A DNA stretch of 64,000 nucleotides from Octopus vulgaris (GCA_951406725.2 OX597815.1:26412001-26476000), one strand, 5' to 3'. Shown: positions 41,246 to 55,466, numbered from the stretch's first letter. The notes: generated by a model from the letters alone, not told the origin. A program made the numbers and translations.

Positions 41246-42132
41246 GAGACAAATAAACAGACCAATCTGAATGCAAACAAACATTCAAACCAACCTAGAT
41301 TAAGCAACAGCTAGAAATAAATTGAAGGAATGAACATCAAAGTAAGAGTGTCAATTGATCTTGACTCTGAACTCTTTGTGAATCGCACCAGAACGGATTG
41401 CTTTGTGAAACCAACCATTCACAACTGCACTGAGAAGCCTAAATCTCTCTCGTTGTGACACTGTCTCAATGCAGTTCGCATTTTGTCACTTCACTGTCTT
41501 TAGTCAACAAGTCCGTGATATTTTCACAACTACCAACAACAACAGTCAGTGGCTTATATAACTAGAGATTAAATGTTTATGAAAATACAATCAGCAGTGA
41601 AGCGATGTTGTATTCGCTATTTAAAGATCGACTCTTAAACTATTTCATCGTTCTCAGCTAGATATAAAGATTTATTACAATTTTTAATGTTCCTTTTAAA
41701 AGCAAGGTCTTATGCCGGGTGGGAGAGTGGGGAAAAAACTGGAAGTCGCATTTCTAAATAGCATTTACAGAGCCAAAGAAGTGGAAAGATTTCGACCAGG
41801 AATCAAAACTAAAGACATTCTTCTTCAGTACTAAACCATAAACAAAATGTAACGAGGTGACGCGGTACCCCGACAATAACCAGAAGGGCAATAACCCTGA
41901 ATAAGAACCTATTCGGACGTTGACGACTCGTCCAACCCATGCTAGCAAGTAAAACGATGGCACACACACACACACACACACACACATGCATACATATACA
42001 CATACATACGTATATATACATACACACACTCATACATAGATACATACATACATACATACATACATACATACATACATACATACATACATACATACATACG
42101 TACATACGTACATACATACATACATACATACA

Positions 42133-42164
<32 letters not shown>

Positions 42165-43081
42165 CACACAGCCATATTTATACAAAGGTATACATATAAA
42201 TATTTATACGCAACGCACAACATTTGTGTGCGTATTTTGCCAATAACTTCCTTTTAAATAGTCAGCTCCCGCGGTAGAAACAATGCCTAAAGATAGGCAA
42301 AACAAATTTTCTTAAAGGTATTATGCTTAAATATTAATTGCCACCCTCTATCAAAGCACTTTAAATTCCTTGCTTAAGAAAAGTCCCAATCCTGCAAAGT
42401 ATGTTTCGCTTTAGGTTAAGATTACTTCATATAGCTGTGATTTCTTTTTAAGGCATCTACACACCCAAACATTTACTAAATGTCAACAATCTATAAACAC
42501 TTGAGACAAAATGTTAAGTTCGTTATTTAGCGGAGATTTAGTTCTAAACATATTTAGTACCTGTAGTCTTTTTTTTTTTTAATAAACATTTTCCGTTTAT
42601 AAATATTTTTTAACAACTCAACTGCTCCTTTCATATCTGATACTGATGTTGCTTTCCCCTATTAGATACATAAATTGATAGAAGCATCTACGATGTATAA
42701 GGGTGAGAAAGCTGGCCATTAAATCCGGAAGACCTGTCTCGCAAACAACTCAATTCTTTTCAGATTTCAAATGTTGTAATTCTACCATTCTTTTCAATAC
42801 ATCGTCACCTCTTTATTCTTAAAATGTATTATATATTTTTTAGCCAGTTTTCAAATTTCATTGTCGACCGGTATCCCATCTCCCCTCGTCAGAATATAAA
42901 TTCACCAAGAGCACATTATATCAAAGCCGAAAAACTATCGTGGGTATTTAGTCATATCTTGAATTAGTGCTTCATTGCCATTGCAAACGTACTGCACTAT
43001 TTGGAGTATCATTCTGCTTTAATATCTTATTAATTAACACATCCACCGGTTCAATTTCCACTCATTTATCATTTTTCTTTC

Positions 43082-43118
43082 CTAAAATTTTCGTTGTTTC
43101 TGGCAACCTCTTCAATAG
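43082..43118 (-). ncRNA. Hammerhead-like motif (U3 variant)
   Basis: Minus strand CUA-UUGAAGA-G-GUUG(CCAGAAA)CAAC-GAAAA-UUU-UAG. Confidence 0.5.
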
Positions 43119-43214
43119 TTGGTGACTTTCTCCGTTATCGAAGCTGCGTTCTTTTTTATTGTTTGTTTGTTTGTTTGTTCGCATGCGTGTGCGTCAGTGT
43201 GCATGTGTATACAC

Positions 43215-43245
<31 letters not shown>

Positions 43246-43377
43246 TGTATGTATGTATGTATGTATGTATGTATGTATGTATGTATGTATGTATGTATGC
43301 ATGAGTGTGTGTACATTTGTATGTATGTATTCTGCATATTTATGTGTTTGTGTGTGCATGGTTGTGTGCTTTTACGT

Positions 43378-43409
<32 letters not shown>

Positions 43410-43774
43410 CGCGTGTGTATTCGTGTGTGTACCTCTGTCTCCTTGTCTGTTCGAGTGTGTCTATACGCATGGGTTTGTGTGACTATGTAGATGCGTCTGT
43501 TATGTATGGATGTGTATCTCCATGTATGTCTCTGTATATGTGTATGGAGTGTGTGTGTGTGGAGTGTGCGTGTATGTATATGGTCATGTGTTTCTGTCTC
43601 CTTTTGTGTATGTGTGTGTGATTGTCTGTCCATATTACCTATGTCCCTATCTATCTACGTATCTATCTGTTTGCCCACATATCCATTCACCTACTTATAT
43701 ATATTCGCTTACATAACATCCTACTAACAAATCTACCTGTGTATGTATAAACTATGGGTAGTGGGATATCACTG

Positions 43775-44315
43775 CCTTCAATTTATATCTCCTATTTAGT
43801 ATGGGGTATGTTTCATTTACGAGGATTTACTCCTGTATTTGTCTGAGTGTTGGGTCCTTCGGGTGCTTGGATAGAATGTGGATGTCAAGTCGACCTAGTG
43901 TGTCTCCATGTTGGTCTTTGGCATGTTGGTAGAGTATGGAGAACTGATTTTTGTCGTCATATTGTCTCAAATGTACATTTAATTTTTCCTCAATGCTTCT
44001 AGATGTCTCATCAATGTATGTCTTGTTCTTGTCTTTAGAAGCACCCTCTATGCACTTTATGCTGTAGACTACATTTCTAGTTCTACAGTTAATACCAGGG
44101 TTACTTTACATACCATTCAGTTTTCATTGGTGCATGTGGTATTCTCAAAGGGGTACATCCTACATAACTGTAACCTGATGGAGGTTACAGTAATCTTAAT
44201 GTTGAGTTTGGTCTCCGTCAGAGCTTTCCTAAATCTTTGGGCTTGTTTTCCATGGGTTGTGGCCTCTACAAACTTCATGCTTTGATATTTGTCGGCTTTG
44301 TACCATGTCTTCATT
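43775..44315 (-). mobile_element. Decayed Penelope-like element: linker and GIY-YIG endonuclease
   Basis: Translates WYKADKYQSMKFVEAT..YPFENTTCTNEN*MVC. After a frameshift: NCRTRNVVYSIKC..TYIDETSRSIEEKLNVH..ILYQHAKDQH..DPTLRQIQE*ILVNETYPILNRR, the VVY/YIGET/H..H/E..LN pattern. Confidence 0.88.
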
Positions 44316-47300
44316 CTGTTTGCTTTGTATCCTATATGTATACACACACACACACACACACACACACGATATATATGCATGAGTATACACGCACTCACAC
44401 TCTGACACAGTATTGTTAATGCGTGTGCGTGTGTCGGCATATCAACTATTTAAAATGTGTAGTAATCTGTGCAAATATATCTTATTTTATATGAATTGTT
44501 TACTCGCGCATGAAGGGTTTAATTCATTAGGATGCAAACTAATGAACGGAAAATAATATATAAAAGAACATTTTGCCAACAAACATCCTTAGCAATTAAA
44601 CACTTACTGAACTATGTTCAACATGTTGTTGTTTGTTGTTCTTGTAGTTGCTATTTCTTTGATTACAGTTTCTATCCTTTCAGTTACTGAAAAAGAAACA
44701 GTTACAAATATGTATTATATCGGGTTAAATAGATACTGTTACTTACATACATGCGCATGAATACATGTACACACACATATATAATGTGTATATAAGTATA
44801 TAGAAGCATACATACGCACACGAATGCGAATATAGGCACAAACATACATATATATGTATATAGACACACACACACACACATATATTTTTATATTATCTTC
44901 CCCAGATATATGAGTGGCTGTGGATGTGTTGTGTATATATGTATGTATGTATGTATGTATGCGTACAAACTTCAGGAAACATTTTGGAAGACCCTGCCAA
45001 AATCTCCTTATATTTTGTGACGGATTTTAAAACGGTGTAGTTGATTGATGTACGTGAGCTGGTTGTGTACTTATGGTGGTATATATGCATATATGCTTGT
45101 GTTACCTTCGTATATATGGGTATATTCCTTTCGAAACGTATATGTCTGTTCGATAATTAGGACTATGTTCCTATTCCAGCTCATCAATTTCTTAGTAAGC
45201 GTCTGTGTGTAGACAGGTGTCTATATGTTTGTGTGTGTGTCTATGTATATTATAGTATATATGTTTGTCTTTGCAATGTTTGGATACATTTGTATCTTTG
45301 CGTGTCAATTTGTATGTGTTTTTGTGTGGACGAGAGAGAAGAACCGAAAGTGAAAGTGACATAGAGTGTGTAAGAGAAAGTTGGAGAGAGATGTATGTTT
45401 TCACCTAATTTTACGCATTAATGGATATCGTCTTTTATCTATCCAATTATTTACATTGATGAAAGTCTAATCACAATCATTTCTATTGGAATTTCATTAA
45501 GACACACACACGCACATATACATATGTTTTACACACATATATGTATATTTATATATTTACGCATATATACATATCTATCTATCTATATCTTTCTATCTAT
45601 ATATATTTATACATATTATATGTGTGTGTGTATGTGTGTATGTATACGTATATGTACATATACATTATTCATATTTATAGCGCATATTAAATTCATCAAT
45701 TTAAAGTAACGTACCCTATACAATAAAGTTTAAAGTATTCAGTTGTGAGTATCATCTATTTTATTATATTAGAACCTTCTTTAGTCGACGTTTCCTTCAT
45801 TTTTTTAAATGCTAAAGTATATTGCGTAGGAGACTTGGCTGTTCTTTCTCACAAATCGAATGACCGCATAGAAGTTCCAGCATTGGTTTATGTTTTGCTC
45901 TTTCATGATGCAATTCAAATAAGAGAATATGCATTCAAAACCGCTCAGCCAAGAAGCTTGACCAAATTTACCAAAACTTGCCCAACTGACTGTTGCGATT
46001 CTTTAATTTACTATTCCAACCCGACTGGATCGTCTTGGCGCAAGACGTTCGAACACATCACCAATGTATGTGTTTTGTATTTGTGAAACAAAGTCAGAAA
46101 ACATCATGTCCAGTAGACTCTTTGAATTAGGGCACCGCCATAGGGAGTCGAATAATTTAAAATACTGAACCAGCGTGTATCTGGATAAATTATCAATAAA
46201 TGTATGAGTAATTGTTTTACAAGGCCAGTAATTTTAATGGAAGTAGTTAGTCGACTAGTATTTGACTGGTACTTTATTTCATCGATAGATGAAAAGCTGA
46301 TCTCGGTGAGATTTGAACTTAATGAGCTCGGAACAAATGCAATAAAACATATTTTTTATTTCTTTTTCCGACTTTCATATTAGTCAACCAGTCCATTATC
46401 CTTACGAACTTATGATTAATAAACATATATTCACTGTGTAAAACAGATACTGTGGTTAAACAACACGGCTCTCATTGTAGTATCTTTTGATATACAAATG
46501 AGTAAAATTTGTAACGGTTATTATTCATAATGATGAGGTTTTGTAAGCTGCTTTCACTCTCTGTTAAACGATCACGAGTAGACGTTCATGATATCACAGC
46601 AATAAGCAATCGAAACTAGTCGAGTTGTTTCCAGACTCGACGTGCAGGGAAAGAGCCCAGTAACTTATCCACAAAGTCTATTTACACATTGAAGGTGAAT
46701 GTATATGTTTATTAAATGTACCTATATGAACATAATCATAATTTATCAGCTAAACTATTGTTTTATTTCGACTAAGCACGCGGTCGATTTTGCTTGTTGT
46801 GATTTTCATTGATACCAGTAGAGTATAGATACCATTATACCAAGCACGATGAGGCGGAAGACCAAATCGGCTCCAAAGAAATTTCGACCATAGGTTTAAT
46901 GATCAAAATTAGTCGAAATTAAACAATGTAAGGAATAGCTTCGATGTTCTACCATTTCTCTAAGATACTATTATTGTTGTTGTTGTTGTTTTCTGGCAGT
47001 AAGTAAAGGGTGACTCTAAACCGGTACATGTCCGCTATTTATTCTATTGACCATAAGGGGATGAAAGGTAAAGTCCCCTTCGGTATCATTTGAACTTGAA
47101 ACGTAAAATATTGCAAGGCATGTATCTACAGATAAGCTATCGGCTCTCTAAAATATGGATACAGTGATTGATAGATTGAATTATTATTCATGTAATACTG
47201 GAACAAAACAAAACATTAATATTAGAAAATTAAAAACCGAAACCATTTTGCTAATATAGAAGGTTGCTATAGACAAAAGTATTTCAATTTTCTTTTCATG

Positions 47301-48191
47301 TTTGTAGTATTTCTTTGTTGCTTCTCGTACAAGCACAGACATCTATTATATAAAGCTATCAAACAACCGTTAAAATAACACAGCACTAAGATATTTAATA
47401 TTTCCATCTTGATCCTCTGGGAATTGTTTTCTGGTTTAAAAAAAAAAATAGATGTGCATTTTATTCTGAAACATTGAACATTTGAACAGTTTTTTTAAAT
47501 GTAAATTCCTTTTCAAATTCCTGTACGTTTATGTTGATAAGTGGAGAGTTCTGCGTAAGTGTGTGTGTGTGTGTTGTTGTGTGTGTGTGTGTTGTTGTGT
47601 GTGTGTGTGCGCGCACGCAGACAATAAAATTTCACCTTTTGCAACATGAAGCCGCTCCAAAATGATTTTCTTCGTTTCCACATAAAGTAGGCAATGCTAA
47701 TAACTTATATTAAAATATATGACTTGTGATCAAAATCATTCCTGACATAACTGTTCATTTACTTTTTCAGACATAGTTTATTTACGTCTACTTTTTTCCA
47801 CTATATATATCTGTCTTTTTTCTTCAAGACATTACAGTGTCTGTAATATGTGGTAGATTTAACAAATGTTTCTTAGCAAATCGATCGCACATGCAGTGGT
47901 TTCCTCATGTATTTTAAAAATCAGTACATAAAGTATATTTGTGAATACTCTGAGAAACTTCTGACGCCTTTGTATTATTATTTCTCTCAAGAATGATGTT
48001 AATTAATTGTAAAATAATTCAAAAGCAGTATAAATGGGGAATAGGGAAATTTGAATGTCAGGCTTACGATAGCATATTTACTTCTTAGTTTCTAATTGAT
48101 CAAGTGGAGGTCATCTAATCATACGAAGGAAACCCATGTAACTTAATATTATATTGGTCGTTTTGTTTCCAAGGGATTGAATCATTACTGT

Positions 48192-48486
48192 TTCCTTCTC
48201 GAGCCATGCCTGGCTCATAAGGGCCGGTTTCCCGGTTTCCTTGGCGTATAGGTTCCCCACCTGGACGGGACGCCAGTCCGTCGCAGGTGAGCTGCAAGAT
48301 GCAGGAGGAAAGAGTGAGAGAGAGTTGTGGCGAAAGAGTCAGCAGAAGTTCGCCATTACCTTCTGCCGGAGCCGCGTGGAGCTTAGGTGTTTCGCTCATA
48401 AACACACATCGCCTGGTCTGAGATTCGAACCCGCGATCCCTCGACCGCGAGTCCGCTGCTCTAACCACTAGGCCATGTGCCTCCAC
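48192..48486 (-). mobile_element. tRNA-head SINE family C2 with a perfect 13-bp TSD
   Basis: TSD gaatcattactgt at 48179-48191 and 48487-48499. Head homologous to the 31282 SINE. 3' part cctgcgacggactggcgtcccgtccagg resembles a V-SINE-type motif. Confidence 0.92.
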
Positions 48487-51400
48487 GAATCATTACTGTG
48501 AACCATTAAAACAATTAAAAGTAATAAGAGTCATTCAAAGTAGACGGCATGAGCTACACTCGTACAGAATAAGATAGCAAGGGCAGAGTGCCAACAAATA
48601 GATCCTTCGTTTTAATAACTGACTTTACTAAGTTCATTACCTACTTTGAGAAATATTGCTTTTGCCTGTGAAGTAGATACTAATACTCTTGACCGCACTG
48701 ATGGGAGCAGAATCTTTATGATGAATATATTTTTACTTGACAAAAATCTTCCCACCTAGCAAGTTCTCATTTTACACTTTTACTGTTGCTATCGAGACAC
48801 CTACTGTATTGGAGTCACTGGCTTCAGCATTCAAACTTAAGATGTCTTTTTACGTCATGACACATCTATTTCTTATTTCCCTCTCAAGCTTTATTTCTCC
48901 CTGGAGCTTGTAATAAGATGCAGCACATACTTTCTTGACTAAATTAGTAACCATACTGACACGATATACATACCTGTTCTTCTTCAACAGTACCATGACA
49001 TGTTACGAGTATTACTTTACACCTTGGAGTACTAAACATAGGAAACAGCATTAGAATTGTCAAGTGGATAAAACACCTGGTAATTGAATCAATTTTACTT
49101 GGCAGATAATTGTATCGTCTTCCTCTCCAAACTTTAGGAACTAATAAAATATCCCAGAGACACGATAATTAATTGAATATGTGTCTTTCTCAAGTATCAT
49201 TTAAATCCAATGTCAATGACTCTACGGATCAGAGTTCACACAAACTACTTGTTCAATTGAGATATATACATTTTTCATTTATAACAAAACTTTATTTTTT
49301 TCATCATGGGTCATAGTTAGTTATTGGCATCAACAATAATCATTATATCAATATACAACGGGAGATAATCAAGCAATTTACTTCTTAATACCTACATTCA
49401 ACTCTCTTAAAGTCCAATTCTCCATCACTGAAGTTAGGTACAATAAAAATAAAACTACAGTGCTGACTAAACAACTATTATTGTTAGCTTCTACTACTAA
49501 ACAAAGAATTCGCCTACGTACGTTGCCCCAAGGGATTTGAGCACCACAAAACTGATTTGGCCTAGATATGTTAATTAATGTATAAGGTTTCACCAGTATC
49601 TTTACAACCCAGCAACATTTGTAACTTATTAATAACGTGTTCAGTAATTAACATTATCTTGTAGTATATTCTGTTGTAATAGAATGTAATTCTTTATTTC
49701 AGGTGATCTGCTGCCTCAACTATAAAGAAATCAGGACAAAGCTTTGATTTGCTATCTTCACCAATAGCTTTTCTTCTTAAAACGGTAACACCCCCAGATA
49801 TCAAACTGGGTCTCTTAGGGTACATAGACCAGGTTCATCCACGAGGTACGCCTCCGTACCTGAATTCAGGTAATTACTAATTCTTGTTGTTATTGTTAAA
49901 TGCTTTTTGTCTGTAATGAGGTTATTCAGTTTAAAGCATACGGGCGCTCGCGCACACACATGCATATACACATGCACATGCACACACACACACGTATATT
50001 TATGTATGTAGATATATATATATATATATATATATAATCAGTCACCATCCTAACCAACAAGTTTCGCTTTCATAGTTTTGCTTTCATACTGTTCTACCAG
50101 TACAGCAGCAGTAGTAGCAGTAGCAGCAGCAGCAACACCAGTAGTAGTAGTAGTAGGTGGGGTATTGTAGTGAAATGGCACTCTTCGTCCCATCATACAG
50201 AGGTTCGGCCCACGATCATGTGTTTCTTTGTACTTCTGCGTATCTGTATATGTGTGCAGGTGCACGCACAGATGTCGTTATCGTCATTCTGACACACACA
50301 CACACTCGCTCACACACACACACACACACAGACACACGCTCACACACACACACACACACATCTACATATAAGTATACCCGCAACCATTCTCACATAAACA
50401 TTTTGCATGCTTGTGTGCTGTATCAAAGAACAAATTGCATTGCGCTTCTTTGTATTCCTTGAAACTGTTTCATGCAACTCCAATATCCACATATTTATAC
50501 AACATAGCACCAATTATAATACTTTATAATAACGCTCCTGCGGCAATGTATTTAGTCAAGCACAGTAAGGGATTTCCACGTTATTTAATGGGACTACAAC
50601 GCCAAGGCGATTATTCATCTTCGTGATTTACTCAGGCAAAGAAAATTTGTAACGTTCCTTATTGCTGATAGCTAAAGTTATAACTTCCCTATTTCAAAGT
50701 TACAAACTCTTTTCTCATAAATATAGATATGATAACTATGAGAGATATGGCTATTTCATGACATCGTAATTTATCTTATTTTGAAGGGGGAGCTCTAACT
50801 CATCATTGTTGTATTTCTATCTATGACTCTATTACAAGTATATTTCTTCCGGTGAGCGTCAGTTACGCTAAACTGTGGCACTCCGTTTTACACGCCTATT
50901 CAATACTAAGATCGTAGTTGATTTTCTTTGACTCATATTATCTCGTCATTTTGTAGCTTAATATAAAAGTGTTCTGAGAAAAATCGAGATCATTAAAATA
51001 CCCAACGTTGTCCACATCATTGAAGCACTCCACAAGATATTATTTTGTTAGCCTATGGAGATACAAACTCAACATTGATAGCTAGTCTCGAACCAATTAT
51101 ATAGTTCCCTAATAGATTACGGAAGAGAATTTTACATCTCCTAGTACTTGAAAGTTAAATATAGTTTGCTATTCAAGCTGGTAACTCCTGAATGAATACT
51201 TCCAACAAATTCCTGATAAACCGCCTACACCTGGATATACATTTGCTAACAATAACTCTTTACTCGAATATACTATGGTACCAAATGTATGACTGTAACA
51301 TGAAACATGTAGAAATATCTTCTTAGTTGGTGATATTAACTCATGACCTGGACCAATTCAAGCCGAAATCTATGTATATATATATATATATATATATGCA

Positions 51401-51504
51401 CTTTTATATTAAGCTATATATATATATATACATACACTTTTATATTAAGCTATATATATATACATACATACATACATACATACATACATACATACATACA
51501 TACA

Positions 51505-51540
<36 letters not shown>

Positions 51541-51717
51541 TAATTTTTTTCAGAATGAGATAAAAAGTCCAAGGCTGTGAAAGATTTTAGAGCGTTTATA
51601 AATAGAAGGTCTTACAGATGTATCCCTGCATATCTCACATCTATTTTCATTCTTCCACTTCACTCTCTATTTCATATCTTATCTAAATTAACTATTGCTT
51701 AACCATTTTCTCACACC

Positions 51718-51765
51718 GTCTCCGATGAAGGGATATATAAAATATCCCGGAAACAGCTGTAAGAT
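51718..51765 (+). ncRNA. Minimal type I hammerhead ribozyme motif in fold-back element 51545-51824
   Basis: GUCU-CCGAUGA-A-GGGAUAU(AUAAA)AUAUCCC-G-GAAAC-AGCU-GUA-AGAU. Perfect 7-bp stem II; palindromic stem III ACAGCUGU. Confidence 0.8.
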
Positions 51766-52785
51766 CTACTTATAAATGTTCTAAAATCTTTCACAGCCTT
51801 CGATTTTTATCTCATTCTGAAAAATATATATATATATAATTTAGCTCTCTTTATTTTCCGATCTAATTTGTTGAGAAAATCCGATGCACATACTTTTCTT
51901 ATGAAAAAATTGGTAGCTTTAATAGGAAACAAGAATTGCCAATATTAAAGGTCAAATTTTCATACATGACTCCATTATTGGGATTGACATAAAATCTCTA
52001 CAAGTCCTTATAGAAAAATTTACTGAAATAGTCCTTATAAATTGAGTAATAATTCATTTCACCAAACTTAGTTTGATAATGAAATGAAATTACATTTCAA
52101 AGAGAAATAAAATATCATAATAAAAATTTTCACTGACAATACCTCACAGCCATTTTCCTTCTACTTATTTTTTCTTTCACAATTCTATTCTCCATTTTGG
52201 AAAACTAATTGAGGTTCTACTTTATAGTTGTCTGACGTATGCAGTGTGACATATAAAGGTTAAATACAGATAGATTGAATGGAAACATAAAGATATGTAC
52301 AAAAGTTCGAAAACTTCAATTATTCGTAATAATTTTATAGAATATAAGGTTTTCAGGACAATATTATATCATTTTACTAAACACTAAATTATACAGAAAA
52401 GTATAATTTCAGAACAGATTCTTTAATTCGCATTATATAGTTATGTACAATGGAAAAATATTCAATATAGCTGCAGGGCGCAGAAAGCTTTTTAGGAAAA
52501 AATAAATTGGACTTATTGAGAAAAGAATTTTCAATCTTTAATTTCTGAGAAGCAGAGAACGAACAAAGAATGGTTGCTATGACACTTAATTCTGCAAGCT
52601 TTAATACACCAAAATATCGAGAATAGGCACCAGAACTCAGAATCTTTTTCTCATATTCTTTCCTTGAGAGTTTAACGTCACAAAATCCTAGTTTTTCTGA
52701 CATCTTTTTCTGAGAAGCAATATTCGCAATCTAAATTCCAGAGTGAATAACTTTTTAAAAATATTGTTTCATAAATTAAAAAAAT

Positions 52786-53333
52786 GGATCTTTACCTTTT
52801 GACCGACAGATTTTAAAAATAATTTTTCGTAACTAAACGCTTTCAAACTTCGGACACTAGTAGTATGTGTCGTATAAAACATCTTTTACTCTTAGCATTT
52901 TTGAGAAAAGCTTATATTTAGGAAGTTATTTCACGTTAAAGTTGTAGTATTTCGGTAATTTCATCCAATTAATAACGTGTATTCAGCTGAATAAAAATCC
53001 TTAACCCTAACCCTAAAACCTTAAAGCTAAAACCAAAACAAACGCACGAGCGCTGTAATAAATAACAGTGACAAACGAAAAATACACCACCGATAGTTGT
53101 TGTTGACAAACAACGGTAGTAATTCTATTCAGCTGAATACACGCCATTGATTGGTTGAAATTACCGAAATACAACAACTTTAACATGAAATAACATCCTA
53201 AATATAAGTTTTTCTCAGAAATGCTAAGAGTAAAATATGTTTTATATGGCACATTCTACCAGTGTTCGAAGTTTGAAAGTGTTTGGTTACAAAAAATTAT
53301 TTTTTAAATCTGTCGGTCAAAAGGTAAAGATCC
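52786..53333. mobile_element. Mutator-like (MULE) MITE with ~210-bp TIRs
   Basis: ggatctttaccttttgaccgacagattt.. / ..aaatctgtcggtcaaaaggtaaagatcc, with 9-bp TSD taaaaaaat on both sides. Confidence 0.88.
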
Positions 53334-53403
53334 TAAAAAAATATTGCGTTCATTTTTAACATAGCACCAATTTCCAACCCTATCTAGCAATATATATATA
53401 TGC

Positions 53404-53551
<148 letters not shown>

Positions 53552-53890
53552 CTTCTAAGTATTTCACTGCTTACCTTTTCTCTCATTCCCTGTTTCAACA
53601 CATCTCTCTCTTTCTCTCTCTCCCTTTCCCCTCTCTTACTCTTTATCTATCTATCTTTTTGTTTATTATCTTTCCCTCCCCGTCTCCCTTTCTCATTTTT
53701 CTCTCCTCTCTGGAGAAGTACTACCCTACAATAAATAAAATGTTTCATTAAGCAGTAGGGCTGAATTTTTAAATTCTTCTGTGAAATCAACAGGATAAAA
53801 ACAATTAGGAAGTTATTACTATACTCAGCCTCATACGGAGTTAACGAAAAAGCCTCTATGTGGTCATTCAACTAGGCAGAAATAATAACA

Positions 53891-53950
<60 letters not shown>

Positions 53951-54183
53951 GTGTGCATATATATGTGTGTGTGCGAGAGAGAGAGAGAGAGAGAGTTTTG
54001 GTATCTAGAAGACCCAAAAGTTAGTAAAGGTTACGGAAGAACCACTATTAAACTCCCGGATCGATAACAGTATGAGTGAGGAGTATAATGCGGGTCGTGT
54101 GTGAGCATGCATATGTTCAATAAAATGAGACAACAAAGCCAAAGTAGTGTGAAACCTCTAGGACATTTATAATGAGAAAAGTA

Positions 54184-54231
54184 GTCTTACAGCTGTTTCG
54201 GGGGTGTAAAAGATATCCCATCGTCAGGGAC
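54184..54231 (-). ncRNA. Minimal type I hammerhead ribozyme motif, left arm of fold-back
   Basis: Minus strand GUCC-CUGACGA-U-GGGAUAU(CUUUU)ACACCCC-C-GAAAC-AGCU-GUA-AGAC. Stem II is partly mismatched. Confidence 0.72.
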
Positions 54232-54414
54232 GATATGAGAGAGTTAAATAGAAGGAAATAGTAGAGTTCAGTTATAAGAAGTTATTTTGAAAAGGGTGAG
54301 ATATAAGAAGTATATTTTTTTATTCACATATTTCCCTTGTATACTTCTTACATCTCTCCTTTACTAAAATAACTTCTTATGGTGAACTCTACTATTACCT
54401 TCTATTTAACTCTA

Positions 54415-54462
54415 GACTCTGATGATGGGATATCTTTTATATTCCTGAAACAAGTGTAAGAC
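54415..54462 (+). ncRNA. Minimal type I hammerhead ribozyme motif, right arm of fold-back
   Basis: CUGAUGA-U-GGGAUAU(CUUUU)AUAUUCC-U-GAAAC-AAGU-GUA-AGAC. The 5' strand of stem I is altered. Confidence 0.72.
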
Positions 54463-54606
54463 TACCTTTCTCTTTATAAACGTCCTAGAAATTTCACACT
54501 GCCTTGGTTTTGTTGTCTCATTTTATTTAACACGCACACATATACATATATACATATATACACACACACATATATATATATATAGATAGTTAGATAGATA
54601 GATACA

Positions 54607-54640
<34 letters not shown>

Positions 54641-54706
54641 GATAGATAGATAGATAGATACATACATACATACATACATACATACATACATACATACATA
54701 CATACA

Positions 54707-54790
<84 letters not shown>

Positions 54791-55232
54791 TTTGAGAGAG
54801 AAACAGAGAGAAAAAACACACAGAGGCCGATGACAGTTGATGTGTAAATATTTGTGAGTGAATAAGTGTATATAGTGCTTTAAGTGCTGTAGAATTAGAT
54901 CGAATTTGATCGAGCATATCTTCGAACGAATTATGAGAATAACAGAAAGAACAGAATAACAAAAGAAAGACATAAGATATTAAAAAGCATTTAATTCAAC
55001 GTGAAATATGATAAAAAAAAAGAAGAAACAATAAGTAAGAAGTATAAAAATATATCGTATAAAAGTTACGACTTACGTATAAAGACACCTATATATTATG
55101 GAGGTGCAAAGACAAGTATTACACATATACATACACACCGACAAACACTTACATACATACACACACACATATATGTGTTTATGTAATTATACATATGCAC
55201 ACACATGCAAGCATACAGATATACATAAATAT

Positions 55233-55292
<60 letters not shown>

Positions 55293-55350
55293 ACACAAAT
55301 ACTTATATATATGTATGTATACTCACATATATATAAATATATACATACGT

Positions 55351-55389
<39 letters not shown>

Positions 55390-55433
55390 ATTTATACATA
55401 CATATGTATATATATATATGTGAGTGTGTATTC

Positions 55434-55466
<33 letters not shown>

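Noticed and set aside
41424-41477. Hairpin aactgcactgaga/tctcaatgcagtt as a pre-miRNA (tgagacagtgt recalls miR-1994)
   Set aside because: The stem is only ~13 bp, the match is limited to 11 nt, and the rest of the mature sequence differs.
46585-46632. HHR 3' half gcaatcgaaactagtcgag
   Set aside because: The 5' core is not recognisable, so it is not called as a feature.
52389-52703. 104-aa ORF in unique sequence
   Set aside because: No recognisable motif or splice support, and the length is compatible with chance. A protein search would be needed.
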